A stretch of DNA of 64,000 bases from Octopus vulgaris (taxonomy: Eukaryota): contig OX597841.1 in assembly GCA_951406725.2 (NCBI GenBank), positions 9,300,001-9,364,000 of the forward strand, written 5' to 3'. Every line of letters starts with the position of its first letter. The stretch's first letter is position 1. The translations under genes were made by a program, and so were the position numbers. Positions 52,347 through 64,000 of the stretch are shown piece after piece. The notes beneath the pieces were generated by a model. That model ran no database searches. It had not been told where the DNA came from and saw only the letters and a list, made by a program, of their open reading frames with translations.

Positions 52347-55300
52347 TGATTGATTGATTGATCGATTGATTCTAGTTTCAGCTTATGAGCTGTGGCCATG
52401 CTGGGGCACCGCCATTTGGTGTTGCTACTTGGTTTTACTTCACGAAAGCTTTTTAGCAACTGCCATTTGGTGCATGAGAGAGTTCGATGCAGCTGCCCTC
52501 ATCTGCACCTCCTGCCGTGAAGTTGGTTCATCTGGGACACCTGACAGGAAGAGATCCAGTTTCATTTTAAAGACATCTGCATCCACCCCATGCAGGTCTC
52601 TCAGGTTCTTCGGGAGGATATTGAAGAGCTGTGGGCCTCGGAAGCCCAGGCTATCACAGAATCTTGTCCTACATCTTGATGGCGAGTTTCGAGTCCTAGG
52701 CACCATGCAGTGGCGCCCAGTTCTGGCATTTGCGTAACTCTCGATGCCAAAGTTTAGGACACGTCCCTCCAGGATCTTCCAGATGTATATTATGGCATAT
52801 CTTTCCCGCCTACGCTCCAGGGAATACAGTTTTAATCTCTTCAGTCTTTCCCAGTAGCTTACATTCTGCATAGAGGCTATCTTCTTCGTGTAGCTACGTT
52901 GGATCGCCTCGAGCTCTGTGATCAACTTGACACTGGATGGTGACCATAACTGAGAGCAGTAGTCAAAGTGGCTTAGGACAAGTGTCCTCCAGAGGACCAT
53001 CATGGTTTCTTGTTCTCTTGTTCTAAAGGTTCTGAGGATCCATCCGGCCAGTCTTCTACATTTCATTGCCAATTTAGCAACATGTACACGAAAGGTCGCG
53101 TCATCACTCATGTAAATACCTAGGTCACGCACTGATTGTGCCTCTGGGATTGCTATTCCTCCGGGTCCGGTGTATTCATTGGGTATTGCATTTAGTTTTG
53201 CATGCTGATAGTATAGAGCTTGAAACTTTTCAGCATTGAACTGCATGCTATTCTTTTCAGCCCACTTGTATATTTTGTCCAGCTCACATTGCAGGTGCTT
53301 AGTGTCCTCAGGGTTCTGTATTGCCTGTGAAACTTTTGTATCATCTGCATAACTTGTGATCGTGGCTCCCTGCGTGGCTGAGGGCATGTCTGAGAGGGCC
53401 CTTATGAACAGTAGTGGTCCCAGAACAGTGCCCTGCGGGACACCGCTCACTATTTGCGTGTTAATGGAAGTGGCCCCATTGGCTACTACCACCTGACTTC
53501 TATCTTTCAGAAAGTCATGGAGCCATTCTCCCAGTTTTCCAACTATGTTGAGATCACGCAGTTTGTGACATATCATTCCATGATCGACTTTATCAAAGGC
53601 CTTTGCAAAGTCGAGATATATCACTTCCACATTTGAGTGGTTGAGCAGCCGTTTCAGCACCCAGTCATAGTGTTGTAGGAGCTGAGTTAAACAGCTTCTC
53701 CCTGGTCGGAAACCATGTTGGGTGTCGGGCAGCAAGTCATTCTCTTCAAGGAAGGTGATCAGCTTCCTTCTGACTATTCGTTCCATGACCTTGCTGATGT
53801 GTGAGGTCAGAGAGATAGGTCTGTAGTTCTTGGCTTCCGCTCTGCTACCTCCTTTATGAATGGGGCATATTTTACCTTCCTTCAGTTTTCTTGGAAGTTT
53901 GCCAGCTGCAAGGAAGCTCTGAAAGAGGAACTGCAGTGGTCTTGCTAGGACTCTCTTACATGCTTTTAGGAGGATTGCCGGGAATCCATCGGGGCCAGTA
54001 GTTGAGTCTGTTTTCATTTCATCTATAGCCTTGATTACATCGTCTTCCTTTATATCGATGTAATCTATCGTCGCCGCCTCTGATTTTATATCTGCAGTGG
54101 TAAAAAATGTCAGTTGGATTGGTGATTTGGAGATGCCCAAGGGGTGGAGTGAAAACACTCTTGAATTGCTCATTCAGTATTTCACTTACCCTCATTGGTT
54201 TTCCTGTAAGTGTGCCATCCTTTTCGAGGAGTGGCCCTATTCTACAGTGCACCGTAGCTGTTTCTTTGGCATACCTGTAGAAAGCTCTGGGGTTAGATTT
54301 TATGTTGTCTATAGCCCAGGCTTCTTTGTCTGCTCTTTCTTTTTCATGAGAGAGTTGCAGACATTTTTCGATTTCCAACAGTTTTATTTTTAGGCGGGAC
54401 TTTTCACTGCTTTCAATCTGTTTGCTTAGGCGATTTGAAAATTTTGTACGCCGTCTCATTAAAATTTTCCTCTCTCTGGGGATTTTGTTCTTGTGTACAG
54501 TGGCCTTTCTCTCTGGGACACATTTGTAGCATATGGCTTGCATTACAGACATGAATTGTTGAAGTTTCACGTCGATGTCTGGCGAGGAGAGACATTTAGG
54601 CCAGTTTTGTTTGAGGATCTCTTTCTCAATTTGTTTCCAGTTTGCCTTATGGTAGTTCAAGCTGGAAAGATTCTGAGGGTTTCTTGTAGGCTGCATGTCC
54701 GTGCTCTCTTTTGGCCCGTACTCTTTTGGTCAGCTCTATCATGTTGTGATCCGAGAGTAGTGTCGGTGTCACTTTCACATTATGGATGAGATCCATGTCA
54801 TTTGTGAAGCAGAGATCCAGTGTGTTACCTGCCCTGGTTGATTGGAGTATTACCTGCTCCATGTACAGGGTGTTGATGAGGTTCAGGAGGGACAACGCCT
54901 GTCCTCGTTCACATCTTGTCATTCCTGGGAGAGAAAGGCCCTCGGGCCATCTGACACTGGGCAGATTGAAGTCTCCCATAAGAAGTACACTTATGTGTTG
55001 TTCTAATGTGGTTAGAACTTCTTCTATTTTTATAAGGCAGTCTTCAAACTTGCCCACATGGCTTGGGGCATCTGGAGGGCGATATGTAGCACACACAACT
55101 ACATCAAGTTGCCTAATATGTACAATTAGTGTGTCACACACCGAGTTTGAGTATGACAAGAGGACCTGGGGTGTGAGGTCCTCACGGATGTACATAGCAA
55201 CACCTCCATGACTCCTTTCTTTTCTGTCGGTCCGTAGTACAGCATACTGTGGTATGTGTAACTCCGCATCTGCTATGTCCGGTTTCAGGTGCGTTTCCGT

Positions 55301-56123
55301 AAGTGCTATGCATAAGGCTTGATTGCATGCAACAAAGTCTCTCAGGAACGGGATTTTTGTCCTGTTACTGAGTGTTTGCAGCCCTCTGATGTTCAGTAGG
55401 AGCATCGAGGTGAGGTGTACGTTGTTGCCGGCGGTGTCCATCCTGGGTCTGTTTGCTGTGGTGGTCTTGTATATAGTGGGTAGTCCCACCTGCGGGCTTG
55501 GGTTTGATGAAGCCAGGTCAGCTGCTGTACAATCTTTTGTGCCATGCACAAAAAAGATTGTTGCTCAGCAGCTGCCCTTTCGACAACATCATGTTGGCGG
55601 TTTGTGGCACGCACAACATCTGCGTACCTCCGCTTTGGGGCAGGTGGTGCGTGGTCCATCCTTTTTCCTTGTGTTGATGGTTTGTCCATCTGCCTCGTGT
55701 CTCTGTGGCAGGGTCCCCGATGTGCAAAGCGGCAGCCTGCACCTTGCTTTCCATGCCAGCAGGAACCTCTCAGGTAGAACCTACACACCCGTGTGCGCTG
55801 TTTGTTTCCATCTTTTGCGGTTCCACTTCTATTCCTGGTTGTTTCACCCTTTGGTCCTGCTTGAGCTTTTCCTTTAGCTCTTCCAGTCCTTCTTTTAGTT
55901 CTTCCTCCTCCCTCTACCTCTTCACCGGGTTCTCCGTCTCCATGGCCCTTGCTGCCGGTTGGAGAACTTGCACCTGGGATCACTTCCCGGGCAGGTTTCT
56001 CACTCAAAACCTCCTCCCGGGAATCCACCAGGTGGGGGTGACTTCTTTCATCGTCTCCATTCTTGCCATCTTTGCCCCGCTCGTTCTCAAAGATGGCATC
56101 AAGTGCGCCAATGTGCGACCGGT
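52347..56123 (-). mobile_element. LINE copy 4
   Basis: ORFs 55393-56028, 54647-55549, 54019-54696, 52440-54173. Confidence 0.95.
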
Positions 56124-56982
56124 AACGGTTAAAAACATGGATGACACAGGCGCCCTATGGCTTTAACACAAAAGAGAGACACAAAAACAATATCAGCAAG
56201 CGTGGAAAAATAATTACCTTTTCGGTGATAAGACACATGTTGAACAAGTGGCCGATGGAAAGAGAATGGCTGAGGCAGCAAGTCGCAAGAGGGTAAGAGA
56301 GAGGAGGGGCTAAGAGAGAGAGGGGACCAAGGAGGGTAGAAGGCGAGGACAGAAGCAGTGACCGAGAGAGAGAGAGGGAGAGAAGGAATCAGAGAAGAAG
56401 CAGTGATCAAGAGAGAGAGGGAGAGAAGGAATCAGAGAGGCTGGGAGAAAAAGGCGCCAAAACAATTTGGCAACGAAGCAATGGCGAAGGAAAGAAAATA
56501 GTTTAAAGACATCGTGCAGGGGTTTTGATATGATAAACATAAAGAAGTTATTATGCACGTACGCTGCGAAATATATAATAAACCTTTACATAAATAAACT
56601 AACGTGAAATACACGAAGGGACGAACAAAAAGACAAACGGGTCATTCAAAGCCTTCATCCTCAGTCAGAAACTGATCCCTCATCGCAGATTTCGGCTGTT
56701 TAATTCTGAGATCCGCTCCGAATCAGCCAGCCACAGAAGGAAAGAATGCAACGCAACAGAGACGAACATGAAACACACACACACATATATATACATACAC
56801 ACACACACATATATATACATACACACATACATATATATATATATGTATATAATAAACCTTTACATAAATAAATAATAACATATATATATATATATATACA
56901 TACACACACACATATATATACATACACACATACATATATATATATATGTATATAATAAACCTTTAGATAAATAAATAATAAC

Positions 56983-57013
<31 letters not shown>

Positions 57014-57715
57014 TATATATATATATGTATATAATAAACCTTTGGATAAATAAATAATAACATATATATATATATATACATACACACACACATATATATA
57101 CATGCACACACAAACATATATACATACACACACACACACATATATACATACACACATACATATATATATATATGTATATAATAACTTTTAGATAATTAAA
57201 TAATAACACATATATATATATATATACACATACACACACACATATATATACATACACACATATATATATATATGTATATAATAAACCTTTAGATAAATAA
57301 ATAATAACATATATATATATATATACACACACACACATATATATATATATGTATATAATAAGCCTTTAGATAAATAAATAATAACATATATATATATATA
57401 TACATACACACACGCATATATACACATACACACACACATATATATACATGCACACACACACATATATATACATACACACACACACACATATATACATACA
57501 CACACACACAAACACACATATATATACTTACACACACACACACACATATATATACATACACACACAAACACACATATATATACATACACACATATATATA
57601 TATACATACACACACACATACATATATACATACACACACATATATACATACACACACACACATATATATATATACATACACACACACATATATATATACA
57701 TACACACATATATAT

Positions 57716-57774
<59 letters not shown>

Positions 57775-58009
57775 ATATATATATATATATAATAAACATT
57801 TACATAAATAAATAACGTGAAATACACGAAGGGACGAACAAAAAGACAAACGGGTCATTCAAAGCCTTCATTCTTCAGTCAGAAACTGATCCCTCATCGC
57901 AGATTTCGGCCGTTCAATTCTGAGATCCGCTCCGAATCAGCCAGCCACAGAAGGAAAGAATGCAACGCAACAGAGACGAACATGAAACGAAAAATCTTTT
58001 TTGGAGACA

Positions 58010-61000
58010 TGATTGATTGATTGATCGATTGATTCTAGTTTCAGCTTATGAGCTGTGGCCATGCTGGGGCACCGCCATTTGGTGTTGCTACTTGGTTTTA
58101 CTTCACGAAAGCTTTTTAGCAACTGCCATTTGGTGCATGAGAGAGTTCGATGCAGCTGCCCTCATCTGCACCTCCTGCCGTGAAGTTGGTTCATCTGGGA
58201 CACCTGACAGGAAGAGATCCAGTTTCATTTTAAAGACATCTGCATCCACCCCATGCAGGTCTCTCAGGTTCTTCGGGAGGATATTGAAGAGCTGTGGGCC
58301 TCGGAAGCCCAGGCTATCACAGAATCTTGTCCTACATCTTGATGGCGAGTTTGGAGTCCTAGGCACCACGCAGTGGCGCCCAGTTCTGGCATTTGCGTAA
58401 CTCTCGATGCCAAAGTTTAGGACACGTCCCTCCAGGATCTTCCAGATGTATATTATGGCATATCTTTCCCGCCTACGCTCCAGGGAATACAGTTTTAATC
58501 TCTTCAGTCTTTCCCAGTAGCTTACATTCTGCATAGAGGCTATCTTCTTCGTGTAGCTACGTTGGATCGCCTCGAGCTCTGTGATCAACTTGACACTGGA
58601 TGGTGACCATAACTGAGAGCAGTAGTCAAAGTGGCTTAGGACAAGTGTCCTCCAGAGGACCATCATGGTTTCTTGTTCTCTTGTTCTAAAGGTTCTGAGG
58701 ATCCATCCGGCCAGTCTTCTACATTTCATTGCCAATTTAGCAACATGTACACGAAAGGTCGCGTCATCACTCATGTAAATACCTAGGTCACGCACTGATT
58801 GTGCCTCTGGGATTGCTATTCCTCCGGGTCCGGTGTATTCATTGGGTATTGCATTTAGTTTTGCATGCTGATAGTATAGAGCTTGAAACTTTTCAGCATT
58901 GAACTGCATGCTATTCTTTTCAGCCCACTTGTATATTTTGTCCAGCTCACATTGCAGGTGCTTAGTGTCCTCAGGGTTCTGTATTGCCTGTGAAACTTTT
59001 GTATCATCTGCATAACTTGTGATCGTGGCTCTCTGCGTGGCTGAGGGCATGTCTGAGAGGGCCATTATGAACAGTAGTGGTCCCAGAACAGTGCCCTGCG
59101 GGACACCGCTCACTATTTGCGTGTTAATGGAAGTGGCCCCATTGGCTACTACCACCTGACTTCTATCTTTCAGAAAGTCATGGAGCCATTCTCCCAGTTT
59201 TCCAACTATGTTGAGATCACGCAGTTTGTGACATATCATTCCATGATCGACTTTATCAAAGGCCTTTGCAAAGTCGAGATATATCACTTCCACATTTGAG
59301 TGGTTGAGCAGCCGTTTCAGCACCCAGTCATAGTGTTGTAGGAGCTGAGTTAAACAGCTTCTCCCTGGTCGGAAACCATGTTGGGTGTCGGGCAGCAAGT
59401 CATTCTCTTCAAGGAAGGTGATCAGCTTCCTTCTGACTATTCGTTCCATGACCTTGCTGATGTGTGAGGTCAGAGAGATAGGTCTGTAGTTCTTGGCTTC
59501 CGCTCTGCTACCTCCTTTATGAATGGGGCATATTTTACCTTCCTTCAGTTTTCTTGGAAGTTTGCCAGCTGCAAGGAAGCTCTGAAAGAGGAACTGCAGT
59601 GGTCTTGCTAGGACTCTCTTACATGCTTTTAGGAGGATTGCCGGGAATCCATCGGGGCCAGTAGCTGAGTCTGTTTTCATTTCATCTATAGCCTTGATTA
59701 CATCGTCTTCCTTTATATCGATGTAATCTATCGTCGCCGCCTCTGATTTTATATCTGCAGTGGTAAAAAAAGTCAGTTGGATTGGTGATTTGGAGATGCC
59801 CAAGGGGTGGAGTGAAAACACTCTTGAATTGCTCATTCAGTATTTCACTTACCCTCATTGGTTTTCCTGTAAGTGTGCCATCCTTTTCGAGGAGTGGCCC
59901 TATTCTACAGTGCACCGTAGCTGTTTCTTTGGCATACCTGTAGAAAGCTCTGGGGTTAGATTTTATGTTGTCTATAGCCCAGGCTTCTTTGTCTGCTCTT
60001 TCTTTTTCATGAGAGAGTTGCAGACATTTTTCGATTTCCAACAGTTTTATTTTTAGGCGGGACTTTTCACTGCTTTCAATCTGTTTGCTTAGGCGATTTG
60101 AAAATTTTGTACGCCGTCTCATTAAAATTTTCCTCTCTCTGGGGATTTTGTTCTTGTGTACAGTGGCCTTTCTCTCTGGGACACATTTGTAGCATATGGC
60201 TTGCATTACAGACATGAATTGTTGAAGTTTCACGTCGATGTCTGGCGAGGAGAGACATTTAGGCCAGTTTTGTTTGAGGATCTCTTTCTCAATTTGTTTC
60301 CAGTTTGCCTTATGGTAGTTCAAGCTGGAAAGATTCTGAGGGTTTCTTGTAGGCTGCATGTCCGTGCTCTCTTTTGGCCCGTACTCTTTTGGTCAGCTCT
60401 ATCATGTTGTGATCCGAGAGTAGTGTCGGTGTCACTTTCACATTATGGATGAGATCCATGTCATTTGTGAAGCAGAGATCCAGTGTGTTACCTGCCCTGG
60501 TTGGTTGGAGTATTACCTGCTCCATGTACAGGGTGTTGATGAGGTTCAGGAGGGACCTCGCCTGTCCTCGTTCACATCTTGTCATTCCTGGGAGAGAAAG
60601 GCCCTCGGGCCATCTGACACTGGGCAGATTGAAGTCTCCCATAAGAAGTACACTTATGTGTTGTTCTAATGTGGTTAGAACTTCTTCTATTTTTATAAGG
60701 CAGTCTTCAAACTTGCCCACATGGCTTGGGGCATCTGGAGGGCGATATGTAGCACACACAACTACATCAAGTTGCCTAATATGTACAATTAGTGTGTCAC
60801 ACACCGAGTTTGAGTATGACAAGAGGACCTGGGGTGTGAGGTCCTCACGGATGTACATAGCAACACCTCCATGACTCCTTTCTTTTCTGTCGGTCCGTAG
60901 TACAGCATACTGTGGTATGTGTAACTCCGCATCTGCTATGTCCGGTTTCAGGTGCGTTTCCGTAAGTGCTATGCATAAGGCTTGATTGCATGCAACAAAG

Positions 61001-61786
61001 TCTCTCAGGAACGGGATTTTTGTCCTGTTACTGAGTGTTTGCAGCCCTCTGATGTTCAGTAGGAGCATCGAGGTGAGGTGTACGTTGTTGCCGGCGGTGT
61101 CCATCCTGGGTCTGTTTGCTGTGGTGGTCTTGTATATAGTGGGTAGTCCCACCTGCGGGCTTGGGTTTGATGAAGCCAGGTCAGCTGCTGTACAATCTTT
61201 TGTGCCATGCACAAAAAAGATTGTTGCTCAGCAACTGCCCTTTCGACAACATCATGTTGGCGGTTTGTGGCATGCACAACATCTGCGTACCTCCGCTTTG
61301 GGGCAGGTGGTGCGTGGTCCATCCTTTTTCCTTGTGTTGATGGTTTGTCCATCTGCCTCGTGTCTCTGTGGCAGGGTCCCCGATGTGCAAAGCGGCAGCC
61401 TGCACCTTGCTTTCCATGCCAGCAGGAACCTCTCAGGTAGAACCTACACACCCGTGTGCGCTGTTTGTTTCCATCTTTTGCGGTTCCACTTCTATTCCTG
61501 GTTGTTTCACCCTTTGGTCCTGCTTGAGCTTTTCCTTTAGCTCTTCCAGTCCTTCTTTTAGTTCTTCCTCCTCCCTCTACCTCTTCACCGGGTTCTCCGT
61601 CTCCATGGCCCTTGCTGCCGGTTGGAGAACTTGCACCTGGGATCACTACCCGGGCAGGTTTCTCACTCAAAACCTCCTCCCGGGAATCCACCAGGTGGGG
61701 GTGACTTCTTTCATCGTCTCCATTCTTGCCATCTTTGCCCCGCTCGTTCTCAAAGATGGCATCAAGTGCGCCAATGTGCGACCGGT
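58010..61786 (-). mobile_element. LINE copy 5
   Basis: ORFs 61056-61691, 60310-61212, 59682-60359, 58103-59836. Confidence 0.95.
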
Positions 61787-62644
61787 AACGGTTAAAAACA
61801 TGGATGACACAGGCGCCCTATGGCTTTAACACAAAAAGAGAGACACAAAAACAATATCAGCAAGCGTGGAAAAATAATTACCTTTTCGGTGATAAGACAC
61901 ATGTTGAACAAGTGGCCGATGGAAAGAGAATGGCTGAGGCAGCAAGTCGCAAGAGGGTAAGAGAGAGGAGGGCTAAGAGAGAGAGGGGACCAAGGAGGGT
62001 AGAAGGCGAGGACAGAAGCAGTGACCGAGAGAGAGAGAGGGAGAGAAGGAATCAGAGAAGAAGCAGTGATCAAGAGAGAGAGGGAGAGAAGGAATCAGAG
62101 AGGCTGGGAGAAAAAGGCGCCAAAACAATTTGGCAACGAAGCAATGGCGAAGGAAAGAAAATAGTTTAAAGACATCGTGCAGGGGTTTTGATATGATAAA
62201 CATAAAGAAGTTATTATGCACGTACGCTGCGAAATATATAATAAACCTTTACATAAATAAATAACGTGAAATACACGAAGGGACGAACAAAAAGACAAAC
62301 GGGTCATTCAAAGCCTTCATCCTCAGTCAGAAACTGATCCCTCATCGCAGATTTCGGCTGTTTAATTCTGAGATCCGCTCCGAATCAGCCAGCCACAGAA
62401 GGAAAGAATGCAACGCAACAGAGACGAACATGAAACACACACACACATATATATACATACACACACACACATATATATACATACACACATACATATATAT
62501 ATATATGTATATAATAAACCTTTACATAAATAAATAATAACATATATATATATATATATACATACACACACACATATATATACATACACACATACATATA
62601 TATATATATGTATATAATAAACCTTTAGATAAATAAATAATAAC

Positions 62645-62675
<31 letters not shown>

Positions 62676-62968
62676 TATATATATATATGTATATAATAAA
62701 CCTTTGGATAAATAAATAATAACATATATATATATATATACATACACACACACATATATATACATGCACACACAAACATATATACATACACACACACACA
62801 TATATACATACACACATACATATATATATATATGTATATAATAACTTTTAGATAAATAAATAATAACACATATATATATATATATACACATACACACACA
62901 CATATATATACATACACACATATATATATATATGTATATAATAAACCTTTGGATAAATAAATAATAAC

Positions 62969-62999
<31 letters not shown>

Positions 63000-63385
63000 T
63001 ATATATATATGCATATAATAAACCTTTAGATAAATAAATAATAACATATATATATATATACATACACACACACATATATACACATACACACACACATATA
63101 TATACATGCACACACACACATATATATACATACAAACACACACATATATATATACATACACACACAAACACACATATATATACTTACACACACACACACA
63201 TATATATATACATACACACACAAACACACACATATATACATACACACATATATATACATACACACACACATATATATATATACACACACACACATATATA
63301 CATACACACACACACATATATATATATACATACACACACACATATATATATACATACACACATATATATATATACACATATATAT

Positions 63386-63416
<31 letters not shown>

Positions 63417-63683
63417 CATACATACACACATATATATATATATATATAATATATATATATATATAATAAACATTTACATAAATAAATAACGTGAAATACA
63501 CGAAGGGACGAACAAAAAGACAAACGGGTCATTCAAAGCCTTCATTCTTCAGTCAGAAACTGATCCCTCATCGCAGATTTCGGCCGTTCAATTCTGAGAT
63601 CCGCTCCGAATCAGCCAGCCACAGAAGGAAAGAATGCAACGCAACAGAGACGAACATGAAACGAAAAATCTCTTTTGGAGACA

Positions 63684-64000
63684 TGATTGATTGATTGATT
63701 GATTGATTCTAGTTTCAGCTTATGAGCTGTGGCCATGCTGGGGCACCGCCATTTGGTGTTGCTACTTGGTTTTACTTAACGAAAGCTTTTTTGCAACTGC
63801 CATTTGGTGCATGAGAGAGTTCGATGCAGCTGCCCTCATCTGCACCTCCTGCCGTGACGTTGGTTCATCTGGGACACCTGACAGGAAGAGATCCAGTTTC
63901 ATTTTAAAGACATGTGCATCCACCCCATGCAGGTCTCTCAGGTTCTTCGGGAGGATATTGAAGAGCTGTGGGCCTCGGAAGCCAGGCTATCACACTGCTT
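63684..64000 (-). mobile_element. LINE copy 6, 3' end only
   Basis: (CAAT)n tail, 3' UTR and RT C-terminus. The sequence departs from the consensus in the last few bases. Confidence 0.9.

Larger units (their letters stand above)
33438..64000 (-). repeat. Head-to-tail array of ~5.66 kb units (LINE plus ~1.9 kb spacer); 5 full copies plus a partial
   Basis: Unit start AAC(G/T)GTTAAAAACATGGATGAC at 33438, 39096, 44755, 50419, 56124, 61787 (periods 5658-5705 bp). Confidence 0.97.

Overview
Repeat-dense animal genomic DNA with a 100-N gap at 24519-24618. The (TA)n/(CA)n-rich background and the tRNA-type SINE families look cephalopod/octopus-like, which is my inference. Left of the gap is a diverged ~6 kb segmental duplication. 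The second copy has gained a complete 3.78 kb hAT transposon (TIRs, 8-bp TSD, empty site in the paralog) and a 1.76 kb palindromic array of ~363-bp units, each carrying a minimal type-I hammerhead ribozyme with a U3-A8 core variant (Penelope pLTR/retrozyme-like). At least four other hammerhead-like sequence families sit next to (TA)n tracts. Right of the gap are three + strand exons of a doublecortin-like (DCLK/DCLK3-type) Ser/Thr kinase that the ORF track misses. This kinase shows APE->APD, an in-frame TAA and an apparently missing subdomain IX exon. Its introns hold inverted SINE clusters and two six-unit SINE concatemers with an identical junction. From 33438 to the window end is a head-to-tail array of a ~5.66 kb unit (5 full copies plus a partial). 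Each unit is an antisense, 5'-truncated CR1/L2-group LINE with a CCCH-finger ORF1, plus a ~1.9 kb non-coding spacer. The LINE 3' UTR shares a covarying hairpin with the local SINE. Most short ORFs in the track are microsatellite artefacts.
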